DNA of 64,000 nt from Klebsormidium nitens (GCA_000708835.1 DF236999.1:212627-276626), one strand, 5' to 3'; positions 51,401 through 64,000 are shown, counted from the stretch's first letter. A program made the numbers and translations. Notes: generated by a model not told the origin, from the letters alone.

Positions 51401-54400
51401 GCATGCCTCTTTCACTATCTTCACCTGACGCTCTCGCTGTCACGGCCGAAGGTCTCACGAGAGCGTTGTCGGGTTTTCTACAGGGCCCTGCAGTTCCTGC
51501 ACCAGCAGCGAGTCGCCCTCAAGCAGGCGCGCGACGCAGATCTCCGCAAGATCGAGGACGACCTCTTCGCGTGTGCCGAGGGTCTTTTGGACCGGCGCCG
51601 CTTTGTCGTGGTCGGCAAGGAGCGCTCCACGGAACGACAAGCGCTAGCGGTTGCGGATGACGCAAAAAAGGGCGGGTCGGCGCGGTTTGTCGAGAATATG
51701 GTGGTCCCGCGGTTCTGGTTGCTGGCGCTCAAGGGCTGTCCGGTGACGGTGGAGCTGATCCGGCGGGCGGACGAGCGGATTCTGGCGTACCTGGCGGATG
51801 GTGAGCGGAAAAGGGCCGCGAGGTCCTGCTGCGAGGCCGTGCCACAAGGTTCAAAAACGGCTTAAGCGAGAATTTGGTGCGAGATCTTTTCTGGATGTTC
51901 CGTGTGAGACTGTTTCCAGCGACGTCGATTTTAGAGCCGCTCGACATTCTCAGAGGCGAAGCAACGGCTGAGGATTCCTGAATGATCCTGTGGAAAACCA
52001 GATTCAAACCAGAAGCAATGGCACACCAAAATCCGCATGGGGATTACTACTCCTTCCTCGCCCCCGATCTCTTCTCTCTTACGACGTCGATCCGTTGGTG
52101 CAGTCCGAGCGGCCCGGCTACCGAAGGGCCTCCGAATCGACTTTGAGTTCCTGCCAAACCCTTTCATCGAGAACGAGGTCCTCAGTCGGACGTACACACT
52201 GACGGACGACACACAGGCAAGACATCCGGCTCGCTCTAGTTCCTGTCGCGCATGCGCGCTCAGAATAACTTGCCAGCAAGCAACCGACAATCGCAAACAT
52301 TCTTCTACTTCACGAAAAACGGATCCGAAATAGATTGTGGCTTCGATGATCGAAATCGCAAGAATGCTTTCCCTCTGTAGTGCTTTAGATGCTGCGACGC
52401 CACTGCGTCCCGGCGCACAAAAGCGACCGGCGGCGGATGGTGTTGACGCGTGGCACTTTCGCTGGGAATCCAGGTGGTAGTGGAGACCGAAGCAACGCCG
52501 GTCAAGTGGCGGGAAGGCGTATACGACATCACCGCCAAGAAAGGTGGGACTAAACGAGTCTACTGCATAGTCGCAAAATCTCCAATTAGATATGCTGCCT
52601 GTCTTGCCAAGTCAGGGAGCATGGATTCGCCTGCAAGAGGGAGGGGAACGCTGACACACGAAGAATTTTTCGACATGACGATCTCTGGTCGGCTCTCGTC
52701 GCAGGTAAAGGGGGATCTTCCAGGAGCGGGTCCACAGCAAGGTGGGTCGAGATGGGCAGAAGGATGCCCTTTTCAACGTTGAGCTGGCCTCTCTTTTTCG
52801 CGGCTTTTGTCGTTCGACTCCGTTGCCTTTTGGATGCATGAAAGTTTTGTTCAGGATAATGAGACCGAAGCACCGAGCTTGGAAGCCGCCTCTTTGCAGT
52901 CAGGCTTCACGATCCATAAGTCGTAACAGCATCGATTATATTTGCAGTTTCTTCTCGCTGTTCACGAAAGATGGCGCCCAGCGCGTGTTTGCGGGCGACA
53001 GCCGGACGCCTCTGACGGGGACGGAACTACGGTAAGCCTGGTCACATTGGCGTTGAGTGCTGCACAGACTTTTTGGTTTCCCAGGATTTGCTGGGGACCA
53101 TCTCGTGCGTTTCAATGACTTTCCGTGCACGTTGACCGTGAGGGCAAAACCCTGAAAGTGACTTCTCGAAGAGCTGGTATGCTTCAGTGTAGATTGTAGT
53201 TTGCTAACCGACATGGCGGAGTCACGCCCTCAGAACGCTGTACTAAGGCGCTTGTCTTAGTTTGCCAACGACGAGGATTGTTGTGCTTGAGAAGTTCTTC
53301 TCTACTGAAGCGGTGCTCTGACTTGTGTCCGGTGCTCTTTGACAGGGACCGAGAAACCGCCCTGGCTTTCACCCTGCGCGACGTGGTCATCCCCCGGGCG
53401 GTGAACCTGTACCAAGTGGCAGCAGCGTGGGGCCAGGAGGAGGACCCCGGGTGAGAGCCCGTCTCAATGACAGGGGAAATCAGAGGCCGTTCAGTCTCTC
53501 ACTTGAACAGTGGTTTTGGTTTGAGGAAAGTAGGGGCGGAGGTGATTTTCATTTGAAGGGGGTTCTTAGGTTTGCAGGAGATGCTGCTGACGAAAGAAAG
53601 TGCTCTCTGTATTCGTGTACGGATAAGGGTCGTCGAATGGATGGATTTTTATCGGTCTTCACGGATTGACGCATACTGATTCTGCGGTCTGTTGCTTCAA
53701 CGCAGCGCTTCGGAAGAGGACGAAGAAACGGACTCGGATGGCGACCTCGACAGGTGAGGCCACAAAAAGAGAGCATGCAATGGCGCAAATGCATCTTCAA
53801 GACTCGCTAGCCTGCGAAACCCTTTTGCTTGGGAGTATCCCCATGGTTGTGGTCTGGATTCACACTCGTGTAGGCGAATGGAGACGGGGGATTGCTCAGG
53901 CACGCATCCTTAGTTTTGCAGCCTGAGATGCCCGTCGTTTGATGGTGGTGTGCGCACAAGCAGCGAGCAGAGCTAGCGGAACCTGGACTGGTTTTACTGG
54001 TGTAACCGCTGTGTACCCCACCTTATCTCAACATCTTCAACGTAAAGGGCCCATAGCCACCCCTCTCAGGAGGTGGCTCCCCAACGAATGTAATTCTTGG
54101 AGTGGCCTATGCCTGTTTGGTTTTACAAACCTGTTGACAGCCGTGGTTCTCACTTTCAGCGACGAGATCCGGCGACGAGTGAAAGGGAAAACGGGCCGTG
54201 GGCGCCGACGGGGGGCGGGCGATGTCGACGACTGGACCTGCTGCGGACTGAGCAGGACGCAAATGCTCGTCCTGCTGAGCTTGCTCATAGCGCTGCCCCA
54301 GGTAAAGCTGATGAGTCGAGGCCTGTTGCTGCACTGTTCTGAGCTCTTGTGACACTCTGGCTTCTGTCTAGTCTGGCTCGGTCAATTGGCGCAATGTCGG

Positions 54401-54638
54401 AGGGCTCTTCGACCTCTCCCTGCAAGTCCTTGAACACCAGCCTAGGCACGGATTTCTAAGATGCTTGCAGCGGGGGTGCCAAATGCCAACAGTTTACTCG
54501 ATCGCCGGCCTGTCGCTCGAGTCTGTTTTTTCCACATCGACCACCTTTGAATTGGGCTAACGGCTGATGTCTCCCGTATGTGTCCCGTTCCTGCAGGTAT
54601 TGTATCTCGTTGATATGCTTCTTGCGAGAAGGTATTGA
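48464..54638 (+). CDS. Protein with two tandem NAP (nucleosome assembly protein)-like domains and a C-terminal hydrophobic anchor (about 632 aa)
   Basis: Sixteen phase-consistent exons: 48464-48511, 48680-48769, 48964-49128, 49365-49456, 49766-49946, 50222-50443, 50864-51006, 51484-51800, 52104-52216 (GC donor), 52474-52543, 52705-52741, 52948-53031, 53346-53450, 53706-53753, 54160-54301, 54597-54638. Domain 1: PLYERRRQLVTG, GVPNFWL, DEAALAYLEDV, FEFANNPYF, IKW, SFFNFF, VVPNAVELY. Domain 2: LPPSAQRRLRALQ, VPRFWL, DERILAYLADV, FEFLPNPF, VKW, SFFSLF, VIPRAVNLY. Tail MLVLLSLLIALPQVLYLVDMLLARRY*. Additional upstream exons are possible. Confidence 0.82.
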
Positions 54639-55115
54639 GCCAGAGGAAGCCGTTGTCACTTTGTGAGGCCGATACGGCGTCCTTGCTGTGTATATATGAG
54701 CTGAGGAGAAAACAATGTGTACATTCGTTGATACGTCGATTGAGCACCGCTCGTAAACGCAGTCGAACCAGGTTGTCACCAGCTGAAAGCCCTTGGATAG
54801 GTTTGTTGACGTCTTACGACAGCACTGGTCGTGAGCAACGAGGTACTTCACTGTTGAATCACCGTCGTTCTGATATGGGTCTTTCAATTCACGCTTTGTA
54901 CCGTGCCGGGTCAATCATTGAAAAATGGGAACTCGAGACAACACAGACTCTTAATTGTAGGCCGTCAAATCTGGAAGAAAAGCGAGCTCGCATGTTCGAT
55001 CATAGCATTCAATGGATTGTTGCATGCGGGCCGCCGGCATGAGTCCGATTATTGTTGAACTGCTTGCGGTTTCATAATCTGTAGCCTTCTTATCAATACA
55101 AACGTGACGCATTTA

Positions 55116-56361
55116 CACAAGCTACCTATGGTGGGTCTCGACGGTATCGACCGCGCGACGGTCCGGTCTCAAAGTTCTTACACCGGTGTTACGCGCCGCG
55201 ACGAATTGTGTACGCAGCACTGACGACCGTACTCGGCAGTACTTGAGAATCAGGTCTGAGTTCATGAATTGAACTTGTTCTGACACGTCGATCAACGGTT
55301 ATGCGTACTATACGGAGGTACGGTACCGCTCGAGTCTGCGCGTACATCTATTATGAAATTTATGGTCTTGGTCGGAACTTCCGACTTGAACCACGCAGGA
55401 GTACCGCGGTACCCAGACTGAAAGGAGAGTGCAGGAATTTGATAGANNNNNNNNNNNNNNNNNNNNNNNNNNNNNNNNNNNNNNNNNNNNNNNNNNNNNN
55501 NNNNNNNNNNNNNNNNNNNNNNNNNNNNNNNNNNNNNNNNNNNNNNNNNNNNNNNNNNNNNNNNNNNNNNNNNNNNNNNNNNNNNNNNNNNNNNNNNNNN
55601 NNNNNNNNNNNNNNNNNNNNNNNNNNNNNNNNNNNNNNNNNNNNNNNNNNNNNNNNNNNNNNNNNNNNNNNNNNNNNNNNNNNNNNNNNNNNNNNNNNNN
55701 NNNNNNNNNNNNNNNNNNNNNNNNNNNNNNNNNNNNNNNNNNNNNNNNNNNNNNNNNNNNNNNNNNNNNNNNNNNNNNNNNNNNNNNNNNNNNNNNNNNN
55801 NNNNNNNNNNNNNNNNNNNNNNNNNNNNNNNNNNNNNNNNNNNNNNNNNNNNNNNNNNNNNNNNNNNNNNNNNNNNNNNNNNNNNNNNNNNNNNNNNNNN
55901 NNNNNNNNNNNNNNNNNNNNNNNNNNNNNNNNNNNNNNNNNNNNNNNNNNNNNNNNNNNNNNNNNNNNNNNNNNNNNNNNNNNNNNNNNNNNNNNNNNNN
56001 NNNNNNNNNNNNNNNNNNNNNNNNNNNNNNNNNNNNNNNNNNNNNNNNNNNNNNNNNNNNNNNNNNNNNNNNNNNNNNNNNNNNNNNNNNNNNNNNNNNN
56101 NNNNNNNNNNNNNNNNNNNNNNNNNNNNNNNNNNNNNNNNNNNNNNNNNNNNNNNNNNNNNNNNNNNNNNNNNTCATGACACTCGGTTACGGCCGAGCAA
56201 AATTTTGAAAGTACTCGTTGTGTACATGTTACGGAAGTCTGAGTCGTCGTAACGTGAACCGCCGGTACTACCTACTGACGAAATTTGATACCGGGTCCCA
56301 CATTTTCGTCGCGGTTCGAGTCGAAGTCGACTCGGCCGGAACCCACCATAGGTAGCTTGTG
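55116..56361. mobile_element. DNA transposon/MITE with 21-bp perfect terminal inverted repeats and TA target-site duplication
   Basis: Left end TA(55114-55115)-CACAAGCTACCTATGGTGGGT(55116-55136); right end ACCCACCATAGGTAGCTTGTG(56341-56361)-TA(56362-56363). The interior contains an N gap, and no transposase is visible in the sequenced part. Confidence 0.82.
55447..56173. other. Assembly gap (N run) inside the TIR element
   Basis: Run of N. Confidence 0.99.
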
Positions 56362-56993
56362 TACTAGCTGGGCCGCCTCATATTGGTTTTATACTGCCAG
56401 GGCGGCCATGCACTGCACCATGGCTTCGGATCAAGTTGCATGAGAAGGTATAGCCGCTGCGGCCAGCTAGCTTCTGAGCTGATAGCTGGCAGGGTCTCCC
56501 TGAGGCCCATGATCGTCGGCTTTTTACAGGAGGCACATACATAATGCTGCATGAAGGACTTTATGCCACCATGGTGAACAGGTGCAGCCTCCGCCCGGAC
56601 CGACGGTCTTGCTTGAACGAGACAGTTCACGTGGTGTGCAGATCAGAGTATGTAAGCATATAAGCGGGCAGGTTGACGCGGAGTTTACTTGCATGTACGT
56701 TCGATAATGTGTTCAAGGAATATGCAGCCGCGATAGTGAGGCCCGACCGGATCAGGAACGTCATGCGAGAACAGTAGTTGAAAGGCGACAGATAGGTGCA
56801 CTTACATCTCATGCTGACGCACCTCCAGACCAGTGCAAAAGTCACAAGTGTCACGAAAACTACCCACAAGGACGATCTAGGACTTTGACGTGCTCAATCA
56901 TCAAGTCAAGGGTGTTGCTTTTGAACAAAAGCCTGACCCCAAAAGCAAACCGAAAGCATGTACAACTTTCGACAGTAGCAAAACTTCGACAGT

Positions 56994-59900
56994 CTACTCC
57001 TGATCAGCGGCTCCCGTGCTGACGGGGGCCGCTGCTGGCACAGGAACTTCCTGCTTTTCTTCCTCCTCTTGTTCTACAGGATCGTCGAACTCTTCGTTGT
57101 CAACAACTGGCCGCTGCTCCGACGCCTGCGTTGCACCGCCGCTTGACGTTGCTAGCTGGGGACTGCCTGCTGCTTTGTCCACCAGGCCGAAAAGGGAGAT
57201 GATGGCGCCAGTGCCCAACTGGACCGGCCGCTGCAGCAGCCTGCACGAAAATCACTTTGACCATCAAGGGCTCGTAACCCGATCATGAAGGGCTTGTGAC
57301 GCGAGAGAGTACGCGAGGGAGAACCCTTTAGATTTCGCAAAACCATCCTCCGAACAGGATAAACCTCGAAGTCTCCCCTTGGTCCCCCACAAAGGACTAT
57401 CCCTGGCTTGTTAATCTTTCAGCACTTGCACGCTCAGGAACATTGACCAGAAGTCAGTTAACGTAAACATTCCCGCTTAAGACAAAGTTGAGACACTTGG
57501 CAGGGAAATACAGACTATTCCAACTCAGAAAGACTGTCTCTAGTAATCCAGAAATCCTGTCCGCGGTTCTGACCTGAGATCCGCCTTGACGTCGTCCAGG
57601 CTCTGATAGGTCTGCACGCGCGAGTAGATGCTGGAGGCGATACCGATGAGCGCAATCAGCTGCAGCGTCTTCTCCCATTCCCACAACGCCCATGACCCCA
57701 AAACCACGCCCTGCACCCAACGCGAAGGTGAGTGCTATGACGGAACAGGTTATGAGAATCGCAGAATTCATCTCAACTGTTCTAAGCCCGAGACGATTGT
57801 AAAACTGTGAAGCTTTTACAATGGGAAACTCCGCCTTCAGAACAAGCAGCAAGTGGATGGAGAGTTGTGGATTTGGTTGGACCCACTTGAACTTCAAGAT
57901 GACAACCAGGACGAGTGTCGGCAAAAAAAACAGTACGATTGGAGTGGCGGACACGTGTCAGATAACGGATTGAATTTCGAAGGGTTGGAGCGGAATATGA
58001 ATGTTGCTTAAAGCACACAAGGAGGCTGCATCCGCTGCAACCTTCAAAGCCGCTCCTCATTCTTGGTCCGTACACGAACTGTGTCTTGTCCGTCTCTGGT
58101 GTGCACGATGTTAAACCGTATCTAGAGCGTGCCAAGAAAGCTCACCGAGGCGATGCTAGTCGCGAGGAGCGGAGCAGGAACCCCCGTATCTTCCGCAATG
58201 AATGCTGCCTCCTGCAAACAGAGCCACGGCCGACTGTCAAACTTGGCGCCTCTGAACTACTCAACAGACACCCCAATCAGTGCGTCTTTCGAGGAGAATT
58301 GAGTTTGTCCAGTGCGATGCGAGCCGAATCCAGTGATTGGACTCAGGCTCAGAAACGTGCACAGCATCTTTGCCTCGCTGCATAGGGTACGACCTTGAGA
58401 AACACGAAGCATCTCGACTTCGTTCTATACGAAAGTGTCCCGCTCAAAAGCCCCTAGACGAATCTAGGACAGACAAGCATAGACTGCCTTTACCCAAGGG
58501 CCACGGCAGCGCTCACCTCCTTGAGAATGGCGACGGGTTTCTCCGGGACGTCCTCCCTGGTCGCCTGGCTGGCGGCCCACGCAGCGTAGCCCCCGTCTAA
58601 CCGATACGCCTTCTGCACTCGCAGCCAGCACGCACAATGAACCATGTAACATTTTCAGCAGGTCCGATGTTCCAGACGATAAAATCTCGAGCTCCTGCGG
58701 GCGGACAGGTGAGCCGAGGAAAGGGCTGGAAAGAGTCCTAGACGAGGGCCACGCTTATGCTACGAGGGCAACCCGTGTGCGTTTCACAACGGCAGGCAGT
58801 CGCAAAATCAAATACGCCCTGCCGAAGATGAGCACCAAACTTCGCCTCAAGATCGTTGCGCGAAAGCTTCCCTTACCCACTCCGCTGAAGCGACAAAATG
58901 GAGCCAGAAAATGAGAGTTGCAGGGACGTTTTCCAATCCGCTAAGGTCACGGAGAAGAGATAAAACAAACGACAGATGCAGGGGCGGTTGGCAGCTGGCG
59001 TACCTTGACACCCGCGCGGGCGACTGCCCGGGCAACGTCCTTGGAGGCGGCGCCCCTGTCGTCCATCACAACGACCGTGCTGCCGGACTGCATGCACACC
59101 AGAGGGCGACGTCAGTTGCGTGCTCAGAGAAGGGCGGGGAAAGTCGCCCAAAAAGGCTGCCTGGATGGCTTGGCGATTGCGAGCAAGTTGATCCGTCTTT
59201 CGATGCGTGTGAAGACTGCTAGGTAGACCCGAGATGAGGGACGGCCTTTCGCGGCCCCCGCTGGCATTGGCAGATGTTTAACACGATCATGAACAAGTTC
59301 ACTCCACACATCTGGCGTGTGTTGTAGACAACACTTCTCGGTAACTGTACGGCCGGCGACACTACGCGACGGAGATTGGTCGCCCTAGTCTGCAAATTCA
59401 GACATTGCAAGTGCGCCAAAATTTTGGCAGTCGCGAGTCATAACGCAAGAGAGCACGGATGGTGTGCGGTGCATGGCTCACCCCGACGTTCTTGAGCCCC
59501 TTGATCTTGGCGGCCAGTATTTGGTACTCGACCGCTGCCGCATCGCCGACCAGTTTCCGCACGCTGTTGTCCAGCTGCCAAAATAGGAACGGAACCGAGT
59601 CAGTGCAAAACGGTTAAGATTGGTAAAGGCCTGTTGAATCGCACAATGAAACCAGAGCGCCTGTTAGACTCGAAAGGGACAGAATGTTGACCATCACCAT
59701 TCGCGTCTTCAATTCTAGGATGCGTTCTCGTCAAAGTTAAAGAACTACCTGTATTCTGGACTAAATTAGTTTGTTGGTTTGAAAGGGCCTCAGGTGCGGA
59801 ATACCAGAAGTTGTTATTTGATATGCTGTCTATGACAGACAATAGGACTTTGGGGTCAAAGCAGCGCCCTTTGAAGGCCTGCCGATCAAGTGCGGCCAAC

Positions 59901-62900
59901 CTCTGACGAAAAGCACACCCTAGGTGGAGATCCGATCGGCAATTAAGGGATTTCTATGTTGGCAATGAGGACGCAAAGTCACGAGTTTTGACGGAGCCCT
60001 TATCCTGCTGGTTCAAATGTGGGCAAGCTCGACTGGGCATGAACAGAAAGTTTGGGAGCAGTTTTTCACCTTCTCGAACTCAACGCTGGCCTGCTTGAAT
60101 CTGGCACCCCGTTTTAGAGCGGGGATGCCATACGAATCCCTCAGTTTCTGCAGAGCAAACACGATCCAAATCAGCAAGTTAATACATGAGCATCACAAAG
60201 GATTCCTCTTCCTTAAAAGGCTCGAAACGCGGAAACACAGTGAAGAAACGGTCCTGATTCCTCTCATTTTGGCCTCTCTGTTTCTTTCCTTTGTTTTGCA
60301 CTCGCAACAGTCTCCCAGCATTCCCGAGTAAGGCGGCTCTACGAGCGATCAAACGGCATGACTGCAGCTGCGGCATCACTACGAATTGGGGGCCGGAACT
60401 TGCAGCTGCGGCATCCCTACGAAGTACGAGCCGTAGCTAGAGCGGGGGCTCACCTGGGGCCGGATGTCGACCAGCAGCGCTTGTCGCTCCTTTTGAAGCA
60501 ACTCAAGCGCCTCTTCGGGGGTCAGATCGCCCCCGTAGCCCGCCTTTTCTCTCAACCACCAGGTCACCCTGCAACAAATCAAACCTTCTTCATTAACGTC
60601 ATTTCAGAGACCGATAGAAGGTGGGTTCAGAAACTCATAGAGTTCTTGCTTTCTGCCTTCTAGCAAGCTTTCGCATGGCCCTGGCACGAGAAAGACGCCC
60701 CCGCAAGTCCCGTTAGCAAAAAGTACACCACACGTACTTTGCGAGACTCGATAGGTCTTTCTTTGCAGCTTCAAGTTGCCACTCACACTAGCGCTAGAGT
60801 TCCGCCACCCACGAGCAGAGCTGTGACTGCGGGGTCGTTCGGGTTGAAGCCCACCGCCTCCTCTGCGCTCACCACCAAGCTGCCTGCAACCTTTCCTACC
60901 TGATAAACACAGAGAAGAGTCGTAGTGGTTACATCATACGAACACACTACCCGCAACTGCAGTCGCTTAGAGACTGCAGTCCGAGATGGATCCTCAGCGG
61001 TGTTGAACCACACTTTTTGATCCGAGAGCAGAAGAACGCTCTTGTGCAGTGACAGAATGAGAAATCTTCCTGGAAGCAACTTTTATTCAAGAGTCCGACA
61101 GAATGGAGCAAGGCACGAGACGGACTTCTCAAGTGCACGAACTCTACAGAACGAACTCTGCATATTGGAACAGCCTTATCAAACGGATAACCCACTTGTC
61201 AGGGACTTTTCTGAGCATCTCCCACCTCTTTGAGCACCTCCTGCAGCGGCCCGCTCAGCTCCCCCGCCGTCTTCTTCACGCTTACGAGCACTTCCCGCAC
61301 TTCCGGCGGAAGCGCCCCCTCCACCTCTTGCGAGACCCTGGCCGCCGTGTCGGTCACTCCCGCCGACGCTTGCTCGATTGCGCTCTTCAACGGCCGTCCG
61401 ATTCCCCTGATTGGCTCGAGGATGCTATCGGCTTGAGCTGTGAGTTGAGAGGAGACTTGGGAGCCCGCCCCCGACACTGACTTGGTGGTTGAGCTCACTG
61501 TGTTGGAGAAGGTATCCTGGGCTGATTGCACGGCGCCAAAAAAGCCGTTCTTGATGCCGTCGAGGGACTGCTTGGCCGCAGTGATGGAGTTTTCGACAAA
61601 GCCGGTAGCGCCGCTGACCGTGTTGCTGAAAGTCTCCTGCGAGGGACGCAGACATTGTTCTGACTTTCAGGGACTTTTAGGCATGTGTTGGAAGCACGGT
61701 GACTGTCTGATACCTTACTGAATATGTGTCGGCCGCAGGAAAGATTCCCCGAAATGGATCAGTCTACAAAAGATCTCCCACAAAAAGACTTTCTAAGGAG
61801 AAGCCCGGTGAAACTGACCCACCCACTGCGAGAACCGACGACTCAAGCAGAGATATCCCAAAGCCTCGAAACTTGTGCCTGCAAGTGCTCAACCTAATTT
61901 GCACCCATACCTGCGCATCTTGAAGCACATCATCCACTGCTGCCTTCCCTGCCCCAAGCGCTGCCCCCGCGCTATCCACTGCATCTGAAACGCTCTCCTG
62001 CGCCGCAGTGACCGAGTCTGACGCAGACTCCTGGAAAGACGACAGTGCGCCTGTGATCGCCTGCCCCCCTTCCTCCGCTGCCACTGGAGCGCTTCCTTGC
62101 ACCCCTTCTATCGCGCTCGGGGCTGCTTCCTCGACAACGCTGGGCGAGACCTTGTCAACAGATTCCAGCATGGTCTGTGCGCTGTCGGGCACGCTTGGAG
62201 GTGTCGGTGCCGACAGCTCCTCAGGAAGATTTTCAATGGACGGTGCTGAGGGCTCTCCTGCATTTAGGGCAGGTTCTGATGCGTCCGTGATGGACTCGGC
62301 GGACTTGCTGGTTAGCTTGTCAGCGAACGCTTTGAAGGCGTCTTGCACAGACTCCAGCCTGTCCTGAGTCCCCTCGACAAGGTCCTGTAGAGCGTCCCCC
62401 GCATCCTCAGCCTTATCCTGGGCACCCTCTGCAGGGTCCTGAAGGGCCTCCCCGCCCTGTGGCTTTGACAGGCTGTCTACCCAATCACCAAAGCCGCTCT
62501 GAAAGTCCTGGATGGCTCCACCCGCCTTCTCCCCTGAACCCTCGAACAAGTTCCTAGTTCCTTCGAGCACGTCCTCCACGCGCTCCTTGGCGTCGTCCAT
62601 GACATCAGCGGCCAGCTCTTGCGCACCCCCCACGACGTCAGCGGCGCGTTCCTTTGCGTCGTCAACAACATCATCTAGACTAAGCTGAGATGCGTCAGCC
62701 ACATCTTTGAGTGAGTCTTGTGACGCTATAATCTGATCGACCGACGTGTCGGCTTCTCCAACTTGCACAGAGGCTGCTTCTTCTAAGGACAGTTCGTACG
62801 TCTGACTTGCTGCTTTCGCGCTGCTAGCTGTGAGCAGTTGGCCAGTGCCTAGAATACCGGCTGCGCTTTTCAGTGGTAGCTTGCAGGAATTGAGTCTACG

Positions 62901-63480
62901 CAGGCCACCTCTTCCCAAAATGTACCCCGTGGCAGGAACTATCCTCAAAGCACAGCCACCCTGCGAATATGGAATGGAGTATCACCTTAGCACATTACGA
63001 GTGGGTGGTTGTCAAAAGCAAAAAGGCTCCAACTTCCTGCAGTAGTGCCTGACCTTGTGTTCACCAACCCATGGAAGCAGCCCCAAGTAAGCACCCTTCC
63101 TAGATAACAGGCGATGCCTTTTGAAGCAATACGTGGCCCATTTGAACATGTCACAATCACTTCTGACCCCCTTGACATATCAAGATCTGAGGCACATCTG
63201 AAATGGAAACTCATCCTTGTGAGGAGTGCCGGTTGCACTTACACATTCCACATTGTTGTAAACATTTTCTCTTGGACTTTGCCAGGCGACCTTTGTAAGC
63301 TGGCTCTGACTACGATCAGTTCCAACAATGTCCCAGTCTTCTCCCGTGCGCAGAGAAGCTGCATTGAGGACTTACCTCTCCTGCTGCCCAACCAGGTCCC
63401 CCAGGCCTGTTCCATGTGCTACTTGCAATGGCACAAGATCCTTTGCAGCTAGCGAGCTGCAAAGGTGAGCTTGCAGCCAT
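56994..63480 (-). CDS. Chloroplast CAS-like rhodanese-domain protein (At3g59780-like by recall) with a long acidic N-terminal region
   Basis: Phase-consistent exons: about 62945-61911, 61636-61226, 60899-60787, 60568-60454, 60147-60070, 59574-59482, 59087-59004, 58612-58517, 58211-58146, 57710-57574, 57240-56994. Motifs GYGGDLTPEEALELL...LLVDIRP, GIPALKRGARFK, VVVMDDRG...SKDVARAV, AYRLDGGYAAW and EWEKTLQLIALIG...IYSRV. Transit-peptide exons between 63480 (MAASSPLQLASCKG) and 62950 are not resolved. Confidence 0.85.
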
Positions 63481-64000
63481 TCCGCCTCAGCACTTCTCTC
63501 TCCCACGTTTGACCAACAGAAGCTGCACAGAAGGTGGTACCTTCTGCGTAAGTTGCCAGATCAGTAGGGGCTTTATGAAGTCAGCAATGTATGCAATGCA
63601 CGAGAATGCACGATGACTGGAGGGCTTATTCAGCAAGAATGAAAAAAATGTTTCAAACCCCGCTAGCTAAGACCAATGCAAGCCTGGCTTGACGGGTTAA
63701 AGGACACAAATGATCTTCACTGACTGCAAATGCGGGTCTCACGTTGCAAACTAGGCAACTGCTTGAGCCCCAGAAAAATCGCTGCGCAAACTGGCCTGGA
63801 AATGAGGAGCACGCTGGCGCTGCTTACCATAAAGTTCAACTCCAACTTGCCGTCCTCAAAGCCCTAAGAAATGCAAAGACTTCATGTAGTGGCGTGTGAC
63901 AACTGATCCAAACGATCAGTCGCCCAAGAACTTAGGACCTTTGTTGCATTGGCAAGCCTGGCGCAGGCACTGATCGTCCAAAAGGTTGCGAATGCAGTCA

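Overview
Gene-dense, intron-rich eukaryotic nuclear DNA with plant-type genes. I infer a streptophyte/charophyte alga, possibly Klebsormidium, from gene content and intron style; this is not proven. I reconstructed 14 protein-coding loci by hand, checking that splice phases join in frame: a large coiled-coil protein (-, runs off the left edge), plant-type COX VIIa (+), a membrane-anchored RmlC-like cupin (-), a UCH37-type deubiquitinase (+), a plastid NFU (-), two paralogous Cys-rich type-I membrane proteins (+ and -) flanking a small orphan gene (-) and a soluble non-DEK1 calpain (+), STE24/FACE1 (-), a NET4-like protein with NAB- and IRQ-like segments (+), a C12orf56/DUF4551-like gene (-), a tandem double-NAP-domain protein with a C-terminal hydrophobic tail (+), and a CAS-like rhodanese protein (-). 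There is also a TA-flanked terminal-inverted-repeat transposon around an assembly gap, several short tandem duplications and two N gaps. No rRNA, tRNA or CRISPR array was seen. The most interesting items are the NET4-like gene, the double-NAP tail-anchored protein and a duplicated splice acceptor whose two copies differ only at synonymous sites. All family assignments come from recalled motifs, not database searches.
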